Assembly (NCBI RefSeq): GCF_963921235.1
Contig: NC_086107.1
Location: forward strand, 108,750,001-108,814,000
Direction of reading: 5' to 3'
From: Mobula hypostoma
Taxonomy: Eukaryota
DNA length: 64,000 nucleotides
Part shown: positions 11,887-24,717 of the stretch, piece by piece
Layout: each line of letters opens with the position of its first letter
Position numbering within the stretch: position 1 is the first letter of the stretch
Notes under the pieces: generated by a model
Told to the model about the DNA's origin: nothing
The model's input: only the letters and a program-made list of their open reading frames with translations
Database searches by the model: none
Program-made: the position numbers and the translations under genes

Positions 11887-12789
11887 CAGAACCATCAGTA
11901 GATGTAGGCCATAAGACCATAAGACAAAGGAGCAGAAGTCGGCTATTCGGCCCATCGAGTCTGCTCTGCTGTTTTATGCACACAGGGGACAGCGGAAGCA
12001 AACTGGAGCACTGGGAGGAAACCCTGGGGAGAACGAACAAACTTACAGAGGGCGCCGGAATTGAACTCCAAGCTCCAGATAGAGTGCTGTGCTAACCACT
12101 GCACTACTATGAATGCCTACAAGAAAATTAATCTCTGGTGAGATAGATTATATGTACTTTGATAACAAATTTACTTCTTGAACCTTGAAGGTGCGGATTG
12201 GTAGGGTACTGGACAGTTTCCCTGCTGTTTGGAGCCTGATACCAAGTTTCAACCCAAAACATCAACAATTCCTTACCGTCCACAGACGCTGCCCGACCTG
12301 CTGTGTTCCTCCAGCAAACTGTAGTACTGCACTAAAGGGGCTATGTGAATGGAATTGCTGCTGTTGCTTGCAACACTGGTCTCTACCGAAAGAGTGGTAG
12401 AAAAATACAGTGTAGAAACAGACCACACTCTCGCTTTATCAAACGCCCACTTACAGCAATCCTATACCGCCCCCATTTAAACCCCCACCTTTCCATCAAC
12501 TCCTCCCACATTCTGCCACTCTCCTACACACAAAGGTATAGATAGGGTAAATGCAATCAGGCTTTTTCCTCTGAGGTTGGGTGGGACTTGAACTCGGGGG
12601 TGGCATGGTAGTGTAGAGGTTAGCACAACGCTTTACAGTACAGAAGAACCAGGACTTATGGTATGCACCAGCTGTTCATTGACTATCCACCACTCGTTCC
12701 CATGGCTTCACATGACCCTGATCGGTGGGGGGCAAGGGGGGAGTTGGCTAAGAAGGTGCTACACCTTGCTGAAAATTGACCTGCAGGTG

Positions 12790-13060
12790 CCTTGCGAGAC
12801 CATGGATCTGCGCCTGGAAAGTCTTCACTCTCCAAGCTGGCCTGGGCAAGGTTGTATGGAAGACCAGCAGTTGCCCATGCTGCAAGTCTCCCCTCTCCAT
12901 GACATTGGGACCCATACAGCTTGGCACCAGTGTCGTCGCAGAGCAATGTGTGATTAAGTGCCTTGCTCAAGGATACAACACGTACCCTCGGCTGGGGCTC
13001 GAACTCACGACCTTCAGATCGCTAGTCCAATGCCTTAACCACTTGGCCACATGCCCACAC
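12790..13060 (-). mobile_element. tRNA-derived SINE (family S1)
   Basis: Reverse homologue of 43500-43798; A box TGGCCAAGTGG and B box AGTTCGAGCC. Confidence 0.8.
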
Positions 13061-13494
13061 CTGCAGGTGTAAGAGGAAAATTACAGCAACTCATTAACCC
13101 ATCAATCCACGTGTCTTCGGGGCATGAAAGCAAACCAGGGCACCTGGAGGAAAAGCAGGCGACCAAGAGGAGAACGTGCGAACTCCACACAGACAGCACC
13201 CAAGATCAGAATTCACCCCGAGCCACCGGACAAATCAGTTCCACTAGGTGTGTTTCTGTGCTGCCCAATCCTCAGTTTCTTGGGCTTTGAGTTATAAGGA
13301 CATTGAACTATGTATGGTGGGTGCCTGGAATGCACTGTCAAGGGTAATAGCAGAAGCAGAATATGGTCGAGGCAGTTAGGAGTCTCTTAGATAGGCAACG
13401 TGAACATGCAGAGAAAGGAGTGATATGACCATGTCCAGGCAGAAGGGATTAATTTAGTTTGGCACTTGGTTACTGGGTAGTTCTGGTATGGGGG

Positions 13495-14245
13495 GGAGGG
13501 GGCTACTGCACAGGACCGAAAGAAGCTGCAGAAGGTCGTAAATTTAGTCAGCTCCATCTGGGGTACTAGCCTACAAAGTACCCAGGACATCTTCAAGGAG
13601 CAATGTCTCAGAAAGGCAGCATCGACTGTTAAGGACCTCCAGCACCCAGGGCATGCCCTTTTCTCACTGTTACCATCAGGTAGGAGATACAGAAGCCTGA
13701 AGGCACACACTCAGCGATTCAGGAACAGCTTCTTCCCCTCTGCCATCCGATTCCTAAATGGACATTGAACTCTTGGAGACTACCTCACTTTTTTAACATA
13801 TATAATTTCTGTTTTTTGCACGATTTTTAATCTATTCAATATACATATAATGTAATTGATTTACTTTATTTATTATTACTATTTTATTTTGTGTTTTTTT
13901 TAATTCTATATTATGCATTGTGACCCGGCTGGTGGTGTAGTGGCATCAGTGTCGGACTTCTGGATGAAAGGTCCTGAGTTCGAATCCAGCCGGCTCCCCT
14001 GCACACTTTCCATCCATGCTGGGTTACGAGCTGGTGATCTCTTTGGAAACTCACCCAGCAGAAGGCAATAGCAAAACCACTGCTCTAACTTGCTTCGTAC
14101 GCAGTTCCCCACTACGTCAGAGAGGCGTGGAGGGAAATCGTCCACTAACCGGAGAAACTCCGGATGCGACGTACCTTTCCTATTATGTATTGCATTGAAC
14201 TGCTGTTGCTAAGTTAACAAATTTCATGACACATACTGATTCTGA
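13495..14245 (+). mobile_element. Rex1/Babar LINE 3' end with nested SINE
   Basis: AQDRKKLQKVV...KDLQHPGHALFSLLPSGRRYRSL...RFRNSFFPSAIRFLN. Confidence 0.85.
13921..14180 (+). mobile_element. tRNA-derived SINE (family S2) with RTE-like tail
   Basis: A box TGGTGTAGTGG, B box GAGTTCGAATCC; TSD TATTATG(C/T)ATTG; tail contains GAAGGCAATAGCAAAACCACT. Confidence 0.75.
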
Positions 14246-14404
14246 CCATCAGGGACTGAAATGCCTATTCCGCATTGCATTCAATAGGTAATTGTCATCC
14301 TGAAACTCTTTGTCTTCGCAGACATCCACAATAACAAAGGAGTGCCCCAAAGAATGAATGATAGTTAAAACTTTAGAACCCCAAAGCTCCCCTGTGTTAC
14401 CCAT

Positions 14405-14573
14405 TACGTATCCTCGATTTACAAGGAGCATGTGTTCCTAGAAAATATCCCATTGAGGAAAAGTTTCTGTGGGCAGTGTGAACGGCTTCGGTGTTTTTTT
14501 GGAACAGTGCATTCCTGTAAGTGAAGAACCGCGTTCCATACGGTATGCACTTGATTCATAAATCAAGGACCTG
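14405..14573. mobile_element. Degenerate Tigger/pogo-like MITE
   Basis: Imperfect inverted ends GTATCCTCGATTTAC ... ATAAATCAAGGACCTG. Confidence 0.4.
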
Positions 14574-14889
14574 TTCCTAAACTAGTCTAAAAAACCTAAA
14601 CATCGAGACATACAGTGACATGCGTCATTCACGTCAACAACCAACACAGTCTGAGGATATGCAAGTGTCGCAGTGATTCCAGCACCAAAATAGCATGCCT
14701 ACAACATACTAACCTGTATGTTTTTGGAATGTGGGAGGAAACCGGAACACTGGGAGGAAAGCCCCACGGTCGCAGGGAGAACATACAAACTCCTTACAGA
14801 CTGTGGCGGGAACTGAACTCGGGTCACTGGTTTTATAAAGCATTATGCCAACCACTATGCTGCTATAGCAACCAAAAAACGTCAGTGGT

Positions 14890-15440
14890 GAGCAACACAC
14901 ACAAAACGCTGGAGGAACTCAGCAGGTCAGGCAGCATCTGTGGAGAGTAGTAAACAGCCAATGCTTCAGGCCAAGACCCTTCTTCAGGACTGAGAAGGAA
15001 GGGGGAAGATGCCAGAATTTAAAGGTGGGGTGAGGGAAAGGTGATAGGTGAAGTCAGGTGGGTGGGAGAGGTCAAGGGCTGGAGAGGACGGAATCTGATA
15101 GGAGAGGAGAGTGGACCATAGGAGAGAGGGAAAGAGGAGAGGAGAGGATCCAGGGGGAATCTTTCCAGTAATAGGCAGCAGAGAAGAGGAACAAGGTCAG
15201 AGTGGGGAATAAAGATGGTGGAGGGGGGTAATTTGTTTACCAGAAGGAGAAATCGATATTCATGCCATCAGGTCGGAGGGTAACCAAACGGAATTTAAGG
15301 TGTTGCTCCTCCACCCTGAGGGAGGCCTCATCTTAGGACAATAGGAGGATGTGGACCGACACGTCGGAATGGAAATGGGAATTGGAATCAAAATGGTGGG
15401 CCACCAGGAAGTCCTGGTTGTCGTGGATGGTGCAGAGGTG
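14890..15440 (-). mobile_element. Penelope-like element 3' fragment
   Basis: LRVEEQHLKFRLVTLRPDGMNIDFS on the minus strand, purine-rich spacer, and pLTR GCTGGAGGAACTCAGCAGG. Confidence 0.8.
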
Positions 15441-15769
15441 TCAGTGGTGTTACACCAAAAATTGTGAACTAAACATTATTACATTGAGGAACGCTGTACC
15501 ACAGGTGTAGTGCTCGAAGAGAAGTGAGAAAATATTGGAGGTAGTTCAGCTGAGAAGGAGGATCCGATAAAGGAATGGTATTTGGAGGTTACCTGGTGCT
15601 CAAAGATGCAACTTCAGGCAGACAGTGGATGGGCTACTGCAGCAGAAGAACACATTGGGTACCACTCTTATACCTAATAAAGTACCACTGTGTGTAGAAA
15701 AAGAATTCCGTACATGATTGTCTTGGCAACAGCAACGCTACAGTGAGTAAATTGAAGGGTGACTGAGAG

Positions 15770-16305
15770 TTCAAATTTCAAAGTTTAAAGTTCCAAGTAA
15801 AATTTATGAACAGTCTATCTGAGATTATTTTTCTGCAGGCATACTTAGTAAATCTATTGAGTAGTAACTGTAAACTCTAAACATCGGGAATTGTTAACTG
15901 TAAACAAACTGTGCAAATGCAGATATAAATAAATAGCAATTAGAAACGAGCATGAAATAGAAATATAACTGAGTCCTTAAATGAGTGTAACTATCCCCTT
16001 TTGTTCAAGAGCCTGATGGTTGAGGAGTAGTAACTGCTCTTGAACCTGGTGGTGGGAGTCCTGAGGCTCCTGCCCCTTCTTCCTGATGGTAGCAGTAAGA
16101 AAAGAGCATGGACTGGGTGGTGAGGATCTTTGACGCTGGATGCTGATTTTCTATGGCAATGTTTCATGCAGATGTGTGCAATGATCGGGAGGGTTTTACC
16201 AATGATGTACTGGGCCAACACAACCACCTTCTGTAGGATTCTTCACTCAAAGGCATTGGTGTTCCCGTAATGCAGCCAATCAGCACACTTTCCACCACAG
16301 ATCTC
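15770..16305 (-). mobile_element. Rex1/Babar LINE 3' end
   Basis: ORF 15991-16227 KDPHHPVHALFLLLPSGRRGRSLRTPTTRFKSSYYSSTIRLLN. Confidence 0.85.
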
Positions 16306-16609
16306 TAAGGCCAGAACTGGTGGTACCACAAAGATCTCAGAGAGTTGTACAAATGGAATAGATTACAAATGTAGGAAGAGGCCAAGCCCATGGAGGGATC
16401 TGAGCAGGAATTTGAAAACTGAGGCGTGGTTTAGACGAGACACCTACACATATGAAATGTAAGAATTTGTGACTCAGGCAGCTTTTAAGTGGTTCTATTT
16501 AGGACGTTATGAGAACCCATGAATAGACATTAATGGAATAATAATTTGCAAAGACAGACATTGGGTGTTCCAGGCACTGAGCCAGACAGGAGATGAACGT
16601 GACACTTAC

Positions 16610-16622
16610 CGATTACAATGGA
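16610..16622 (-). CDS. Candidate 13-nt microexon
   Basis: Minus strand tatctgctctcgtgtctgtctctattag|TCCATTGTAATCG|gtaagt with about 110 nt AG-free pyrimidine-rich upstream tract, in non-repetitive DNA. Confidence 0.5.
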
Positions 16623-17174
16623 CTAATAGAGACAGACACGAGAGCAGATAAGATAAGATAGATGGAAGCAAAGCATAAGAGAAGGAACACAGTGTTTGCA
16701 GGCAGACAAAAGTGGTTACATAATACACAAGATAACTTAATGAGTTAACGTGTTTCATGTTGACTAAAAATAAACAGAACATGTTGACATGTTATAATCA
16801 CGATAGACATTGCTAAGACAACACACAGACTTGAACTTTTGGTGTTAACTAGTATAGACAGATCAGAGTTCTGGTCTTCCTTGCAAATTTCACAGCAACA
16901 AAGCATTCATTTAAAGAAAACAAATCATTGACAAGACATAGGCATTTCTGGAAAGTGCCCATTGCTAACTACCCTTGAACCAAATATTTTGTTGGGCCAT
17001 TCAAGAAAGAGGGGGATAAGACAGGGCATTCATCGTTAAGGACATCTTCCGCCAAGGTCATGTCTTGCTGTCATTGCTACCATCAGGAAGGAGGTACAGA
17101 AGCCTGAAGGCACACAATTATTCCGAAACAGCTTCTTCCCCTCTGCCACCCGATTTCTGAATGGATTTAAGTAA

Positions 17175-17356
17175 CCCACACAAAATTTGATGGAGGAACT
17201 CAGCAGGCCAGGCACCTATGGCAAAGAGTTACCAGTCAACGTTTTGGGCCAAGACCCTTTATCATGATGAACCTTCATCAAGAAGGGTCTTGACCCGAAA
17301 CATCGACTGTTCATTCTTTTCCACAGATGCTGCCTGGCCTGCCGAGCTACTCCAGC

Positions 17357-17407
<51 letters not shown>

Positions 17408-17445
17408 CTGGATTTCCAGCATCTACAGATTTTCTCGTGTTTGTG
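17175..17445. mobile_element. Inverted (fold-back) pair of Penelope pLTR fragments plus (TG)n
   Basis: GGAGGAACTCAGCAGGCCAGGCA...GACCCTT and AAGGGTC...TGCCTGGCCTGCCGAGCTACTCC are reverse complements; (TG)n at 17360-17403. Confidence 0.75.
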
Positions 17446-17454
17446 ATTGAACGT

Positions 17455-17905
17455 AAAACATAGAACATAGAAATTTACAGCACATTACAGGCCCTTTGGC
17501 CCACAATATCGTGCCGACCATGTAACCTCCTCTGGAAACTGCCTAGAATGTCACTGTCGCATAGCCCTTTATTTTTCTAAGCCCTATTGTATCTGCCTCT
17601 ACTACCATCTCTGGCAGTGCATTCCACACACCCACCAAACTCTGTGTGAAAAACTTACCTCTGACATTCCCCGTTGTACCTTCTTCCAGGCACCTTAAAA
17701 ATATGCCCCCTTGTGTTAGCCATTTCAGCCCTGGGATAAAGCCTCTGACTATCCCCACGATTAATGCCTCTAACCATCTTATACACCTCTATCATGTCAC
17801 CTCTGCTCCACGGAGAAAAGACCAAGTTCACTCAACCTATTCTCATAAGGTAAGCTCTCCAATCCAGGCAACATCCTTGTAAATCTCCTCTGCACTCTCT
17901 CTACA
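17455..17905 (-). mobile_element. CR1 LINE 3' end
   Basis: ORF 17543-17758 VRGKFFTQSLVGVWNALPEMVVEADTI. Confidence 0.85.
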
Positions 17906-18019
17906 GCACCCATGGGGATGGGTGGGATACATTTCCACTCTAGCGCAACATTTCAGTGAAACACCAGTGAAGGTGTTACACAATTACAAGTTCTGCATAT
18001 GAGGTGAGGTGTCCGGGTG

Positions 18020-19110
18020 TGTACAACACAGCTGTTGCTGGTGGAATCTCTGATGGCGATGAGGAGGCGGAAAAGATTAAGATAGCTTGGCTGGTCGAGT
18101 GGCAGTGCAACATTAACCTTGCACTCAACATCAGTAAGACTTTCAGATGGGGGAAGTCGGGGGAACACATACCAGTCATCGTCGAGGTTTGACAGTAGAA
18201 AGGGCGACCAGCTTCACGTTTCTGGGCGTCAACATCTCTGAAGATCTATCCTGGGCCCAACATACTAATGCAATTTAGAAGGAGGCACCCTATATTTCGT
18301 GAGGAGTTTGAGCAGATTTTGTACTCCAACAAATATCCTCACAAATTTCTATTGATGTACTATGTACGGCATTCTGACTGGTTGCATCACTGTCTGATAT
18401 GCCGACACCAATGAACAGGATCGGGAAAAGCTCCAGAGGTTTGTAGACTCTGCCAGCCCCATCATGGGCACTGGCATCCCCACATCGAGGGCATATTAAT
18501 TAGGCAATGCCTCCAGAAGGCAGCATCCATCATTAAGGATCCTCACCACCCAGACCATGCCCTGTTCTCATTGTTTCCATCAGGGTGGAGGTACAGGAGC
18601 CTGAAGGTGCACACTCAATCTTTTAGGAACATCTTCTTCCCCTCTGCCGTAAGGTTTCTGAACAGACCAGGAAACAATGAACATCAGGTCACTTTTTGCA
18701 AACACAAGGAAATCTGCAGATGCTGGAAATTCAAGCAACACACACAAAAAGTGCTGGTGAACGCAGCAGGCCAGGCAGCATCTCTAGGAAGAGGTACAGT
18801 CGACGTTTCGGGCCGAGACCCTTCAACAGGACTAACTGAAAGAAGAAATAATAAGAGATTTGAAAGTGGGAGGAGGAGGGGAAGATCCAAAATGATAGGA
18901 GGAGACAGGAGGGGGAGGGATGCAGCCAAGAGCTGGACAGGTGATTGGCAAAAGGGATATGAGGGTCACTTTTTGCCATCTTTTTGCACAACTAATACTA
19001 TTGCATATTTCTTATAACTTATCATAATTTTTGATGTCTTGCAATGCACTACTGGGACAAAACAACAAATTTCACGACATATGTCAGTGATATGACGCCT
19101 GATTCTGAGA
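18020..19110 (+). mobile_element. Rex1/Babar LINE fragment with nested Penelope pLTR (about 18700-18962, minus)
   Basis: LVEWQCNINLALNISKT, FLGVNISEDLSW, DPHHPDHALFSLFPSGWRYRSL; GGTCACTTTTTGC flanks the Penelope insert on both sides. Confidence 0.8.
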
Positions 19111-19989
19111 TGCTCTCAGTATACTGGAAGTGCAGTGGGAAAACTCCATCGGAGGGCTGGCCCACACTACACCCGAGTAATTGGATATGCTTGTGGGATC
19201 TTTCTGTGCAGACAAATAGATACTTTAATTCAATGTTTCAGTGTACACATGACAAATATACAAGAGGTGACCTTTTCTTTTATCTCATGTAATAGGTAAA
19301 CCAGAGCCAGGTGCCCAGACAGCTGAAGGCGTGCCACCAGTGAATCTTCGCGGTGTGCTGAAGTCTAGAACTGAAGGAGTCAAGAAGTTTGAAAGGGCTA
19401 CAGGGTTGGAAGAGATGACTAAGAGTGAAGGGGCAGATCATGCGATCAGAAGATGCCGGTGTGCTGGTGAACTGGGGAGCCAGGGAGCACAGCAGGGACG
19501 GGATAAGTGGTACTTGGTGCGAGTTGGGAGCAGTAACAGAAGGTGCCGTGTGGGTTCGATCATAGCTGATTTACTTTCTCTCTCAACCCCATCCTCCTGC
19601 CTTCTCTCCATAACCCTTTATGCCCTTGCCAATCAAGAACCATCAACCTCGGCTTTAAAGAATCCCAACGACTTGGCGTCCCCAGCCATCTGTGGCAATG
19701 AAACCCACCAATTCACCATGCTCTGGGCAAAGGAATTCCTCCTCATCTCTGTTCTAAAGGGACGTCCCTGTATTCTGAAGCTGTCCCACTCTTGGAAACA
19801 GCCTCCCGAATGCAGATCGAGCATTACTCTGTGACCTAGCCTATTCCGTAACTTCATGATCATCATGTGGACGCAGTTTCCAACCTCGGTGATGCCACCA
19901 TAAGACCATACAACATAGGATCAGAATTAGGCCATTCAGCCCATCAAGTCTGCTCTACCATTCGATCATGGCTGATTAATTATCCCTCT

Positions 19990-20635
19990 AAGGCATGCTG
20001 GCCTTCATGACAAGGGGAATTGAGTATGAGAGCAAAGAGGTCCTTCTGCAGCTGTACAGGGCCCTGGTGATATCACACCTGGAGTACTGTGTGCAGTTTT
20101 GGTCTCCAAATTTGAGGAAGGACATTCTTGCTATTGAGGGAGTGCAGCGTAGGTTCACAATGTTAATTCCCGAGATGGCGGGACTGTCATATGTTGAAAG
20201 ATTGGAGCGACTGGGCTTGTATACTCCGGAATTTAGAAGGCTGAGAGGGGATCTTATTGAATCATATAAGATTATTAAGGGATTGGACATGCTGCAGGCA
20301 GGAAGCATGTTCCCGCTGATGGGTGAGTCCAGAACCAGAGGCCACAGTTTAAGAATAAGGGGTAGGCCATTTAGAACAGAGTTGAGGAAAAACTTTTTCA
20401 CCCAGAGAGTGGTGGATATATGGAATGCTCTGCCCCAGAAGGCTGTGGAGGCCAAGTCTCTGGATGCTTTCAAGAAAGAGATGGATAGAGCTCTTAAAGA
20501 TAGTGGAATCAAAGGTTATGGGGATAAGGCAGGAACGGGGTACTGATTGTGGATGATCAGCCATGATCACAGTGAATGGCGGTGCTGGCTTGAAGGGCCG
20601 AATGGCCTACTCCTGCACCTATTGTCTATTGTCTA
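19990..20635 (+). mobile_element. CR1 LINE ORF2 3' portion (young)
   Basis: ORF 19995-20546 LQLYRALVISHLEYCVQFWSP...RRLRGDLIESYKII...FFTQRVVDIWNALP. Confidence 0.95.
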
Positions 20636-21054
20636 TTATAATCCCCATTCTCCTGCCTTTTCTCTGCAACATTTGATACCGTTACCAATCAAGAACCTAT
20701 TGACCTCCACTTTAAACTTACTCAATGACTTGGCCTCCAAAGCCACCTGCGGCAATGAATTCCACAGATTCACTACTCTCTGGCTAAAGAAATTCCTCCT
20801 CATCTCTGTTCTAAAGAGATATCACAGGACCATAGCATGCCAGCCATGACTGACATTAACTTTGGCATGGAGAGCGGTTTAATTAGCTGTGGAAAAAGCA
20901 ATGATGAGACCTCTGAACAGGTGCACAGTTGAGGGCTATCTCTATCAATCAGCTCCCTGGGATCTCTGTTTCCCTCTGCTATTTGAGATCCCCACAGGCT
21001 TCAGCTCAGCTGCAAAACAGTTTCTGGTAATGGAGTGAGAGGTAGAGTCCAAGA

Positions 21055-21520
21055 ACACTTTTGAGCCCCTAATCTAAGAAATGATGTGCTGGCATTGGAG
21101 AGAATAGAGAGAAGGATTACTAGAACGATCCTGGGAATGCAGAAGTTAAAGAATGAGGAACATTTGAAGGCTCTGGGCCTGTACTCATTGGAGTTTAGAA
21201 GAATGAGGGGCCTAGGAGGTGTGGAGTTACAGAGAATGTAGTGGGGGCGTCTAGGACCAGAGGACACAGTCTCAGAATAGAAGGACGTTCCTTGAGAATG
21301 GATAATCTAGACGAGGAGCTACTTCTTGAGCCAAAGAGTGGTGAATATGTGGAATTCATTGCCAGGGAAAGCTGCAGAGGCCAAGTCTTTGGGTTTATAG
21401 AAAGTAGAATAGATAGGAACTTAATTAGTAAGAATGCCAAAGGCTATAGGGAAAAGGTAGGAGGATGGGGTTGAGAGGGAAGATAAATCGGCCATGATGG
21501 AATGGCAGAACAGACTAGTG
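21055..21520 (+). mobile_element. CR1 LINE 3' fragment (degenerate)
   Basis: SRTRGHSLRIEGRSL and CR1 3'UTR GGGGTTGAGAGGGAAGATAAATCGGCCATGAT. Confidence 0.75.
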
Positions 21521-22854
21521 GAAAAGTGAAAACCAATGAGAGAGAGGAGGAGACAGGCCAAAGGAAGAGCGAAAGAAGAAGGAAGAGGAAATAGAAGGGA
21601 CAGTGAACAGGAATAGACGCCAGAGGAAAGAAGCAGGAGACATGAAAAATGAGGGAGAGATGAAGGAGGTGAATCAATGTACATAATCTAGAAATGATGA
21701 CTCCAAATGAAATGAAATAGCCTTGGAAGGAAGAGAAGGTCAGAACTGGAGAACAAGCAAGCCCTTGTAGATTTGATCAGGAACACGGTTAATTCACTCA
21801 AAAAGTCTCATGTGTTTTAACTAGAAATACCATTAGACATGAGTCTATTATAATTCCAGCTATTCCATTTCGAATTTGTGATCAGGCCACTTGCAATGAT
21901 AACATGTCTGCTTGTGACAGTTCTGATGTAATCTTAAATATTTAATACTCACTGTTGACTTAAGGTCCCTGAACTGAATCACATGGTCACCATAACAACC
22001 AGGCCTGCAGGGAATCTTAAAGTTCAAACAAATTATGCAGCAAAAAATTCTGGCAATAAACTCTAGACGGCTTTATGGCGCATGGTTAATAACTTCAGTA
22101 TAATGGTCAACTAACTTGGCAAGTGGCAGCCACCAATCCACCCTAGGTGAGGCTTGCATCTTTTGGGGTGGGTTTTTGTGGGCTCACTTGGCCACGGGAA
22201 CCACCCGATGGAGGTGGGTGGTCAACGAAGGAAGTCACACTGCCGAGTTCCCGGTGTGGTCTCCCAGTCACGATCACAGAACCACAGATGGCACCATACA
22301 GGAGCGGAATATTCATCCCATCACTTCAATACTGGAGCAACTACCCGGTAGACTAGTTCCAAAAGCAACTCAGAACGCAAGAAACTTTGACCTTGACAGC
22401 TACGTACAATTTGACCGAACCCTATTATGTCGCCATTGGATCATCTCCCATTTTAATCCATTCATTCCTCAATCCTTAAAATCTCGAATAGGTGGAGACA
22501 CGAGAGACATTGTTCAGGCCACATCTGGAGTATTATATAAGGTGTGGTTCCCCACCCCACACGTCAAGGATTTGGAGACGGCGCAGAAGAAGTTTACCAG
22601 GATGTTGCCTGGCATAGAGGACATGTGCTTGAAGAATAGCTTGGACAGACATGGGTTATTTTATCTGGAGTGTCAAACGCTGAGGAAGTTTCTCTCTTTC
22701 TCCCTCTTTCCCTCTCAGTGGTTTAACTTTCACTAGTCTGTTCGGCCATCCCATCATGGCTGATATATTATCTCTCTCAACCCCATTCTCCTGCCTTCTC
22801 CCCGCAACATTCAGCATCCTTACTAATTAAACTGACAGAAGTTTACAAGGTTAT

Positions 22855-23635
22855 GATCTTTGGTAGGATTAATCAAAAAGGGACATACGTGGTAAATGGT
22901 AGGGCATTGAAGAATGCAGTAGAACAGAGGGATCTAGGAATAATGATGCATAGTTCCCTGAAGGTGGAATCTCATGTGGATAGGGTGGTGAAGAAAGCTT
23001 TTGGTATACTGGCCTTTATAAATCAGAGCATTGAGTATAGGAGTCAGGATGTAATGTTGAAATTGTACAAGGCATTGGTGAGGCCAAATTTGGAGTATTG
23101 TGTACAGTTTTGGTCACTGAATTATAGGAAAGATGTCAACAAAATAGAGAGAGTACAGAGAAGATTTACTAGAATGTTACCTGGGTTTCACCTCCTAAGT
23201 TACAGAGAAAGGTCGAACAAGTTGGGTCTTTATTCTTTGGAACATAGAAGGTTGAGGGGGGACTAGATAGAGGTATTTAAAATTATGAGAGGGATAGATA
23301 GAGTTGACGTGGATAAGCTTTTTCCATTGAGAGTGGGGGAGATTCAAACAAGAGGACATGAGTTGAGAGTTAAAGGGCAAAAGTTTAGGGGTAACATGAG
23401 GGGGAACTTCTTTACTCAGAGAGTGGTAGCTGTGTGGAACGAGCTTCCAGTAGAAGTGGTTGAGGCAGGTTCGATGTTGTCATTTAAGGTTAAATTGGAT
23501 AGCTATATGGACAGGAAAGGAATGGACAGTTATGGGCTGAGTGCAGGTCAGTGAGACTAGGTGAGAGTAAGAGTTCGGCACGGACTAGAAGGGCTGAGAT
23601 GGCCTGTTTCCGTGCTGTAATTGTTATATGGTTAT
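22855..23635 (+). mobile_element. CR1 LINE ORF2 3' portion
   Basis: ORFs 22853-23266 and 23285-23554: EQRDLGI...KLYKALVRPNLEYCVQFW...TRGHELRV...FFTQRVVAVWNELP. Confidence 0.95.
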
Positions 23636-23857
23636 ATGAGGGGTAGGGGTGGAGTACACAGCCAGTATCTTTTCTATCTAAGAGTCTAATAATAAAAGGA
23701 TGAAATGGGGGGGGGCGGGAAGGGCAAGTTTTTGTTACACAGAGAATGGTGAGTGCCTGAAATGTGCTGGGAGGGGTGACAGTGGGGGCAAATAACATAG
23801 TTGCGATTAAGAGCCTCTTAGACAGGCACAGGAATACGCAGAGAATAGACATTAAAT

Positions 23858-24005
23858 AGGCAGTAGTTTGGTTAAGGGTTAAATTGCGTAGGCAGAAGGC
23901 AATAGTATGGTTAAGGGTTAAATTGCATATGCGGAAGGCAATAGTAAGGTTAAGGGTTAAATTGCTTAGGCAGAAGACAATAGTATAGTTAAAGGTTAAA
24001 TTACT
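23858..24005. repeat. 39-bp tandem repeat, about 4 copies, within a CR1 3'UTR
   Basis: GGTTAAGGGTTAAATTGCGTAGGCAGAAGGCAATAGTAT repeated. Confidence 0.85.
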
Positions 24006-24717
24006 AGTTTAATTAGTTCAGCACAAGATTGTGAACCGAAGGACCTATTCCTGTGCTGAACGATTCTATGTTCTATGTTCTAGATGCTGGAGTAATATAA
24101 AAGATATTGGAGGTGATCCCATTGCAACTTGCTCTGCATCGATGAGACCAGTGCAAACTGGGTGACTTCCTTGGCTCCCTCTACCACAGCTGTTTGGACC
24201 TCCTGGTTGCCAGCCATTTACTTCCTCTTCCCGTTCCCACACCAACATGCCTGTCCTCCAAAGCCAAATGCAAACGAGAAGTACAACACCTTGTACCCGT
24301 CTCGGTAATGTACAACCCGATGATATCAACACCGGATTCTCTCACTGCCAGCAATTTCTCTGCCTCTGCCCCTTTCTTCTCTCCTCCTAGTCCATCTAAT
24401 CACTATCGATATGACTCTTTCCCCTCCTCCATCTGCCCAGCATCCACACAATCCTCCTGCTAAGTTTCCTTCCCTCACCATTCCCCTCTGCTCTCCCGAC
24501 TTCCCTCCGTTTATTCCATAATCCACCTTCTTCTCTTAGTAGATCCCATTATGTTCAGCCCTTTGTGACACCAACCTATCACCCCTCCAGCACTCTTCTC
24601 ACCTGCCCCCCTCCTCCTTCTGCCTATGACTCCATCCCTCCATCCCAGCTGGATCCCATCTATCACTTGCCAATCTTTGCTCCATCCCTTCCAGTCACCG
24701 ATTTATACTGGCTATCT

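Noticed and set aside
12990..13060. Possible tRNA gene
   Set aside because: A and B boxes run straight into a SINE body that has a second copy with TSD at 43500.
22116..22736. 206-aa ORF
   Set aside because: C-terminal part is decayed CR1; the N-terminal part has no recognisable homology and uses a non-ATG start.
23858..24005. Telomere-like GGTTAAGGGTTA motifs
   Set aside because: Part of a 39-bp tandem unit in a CR1 3'UTR, not (TTAGGG)n.
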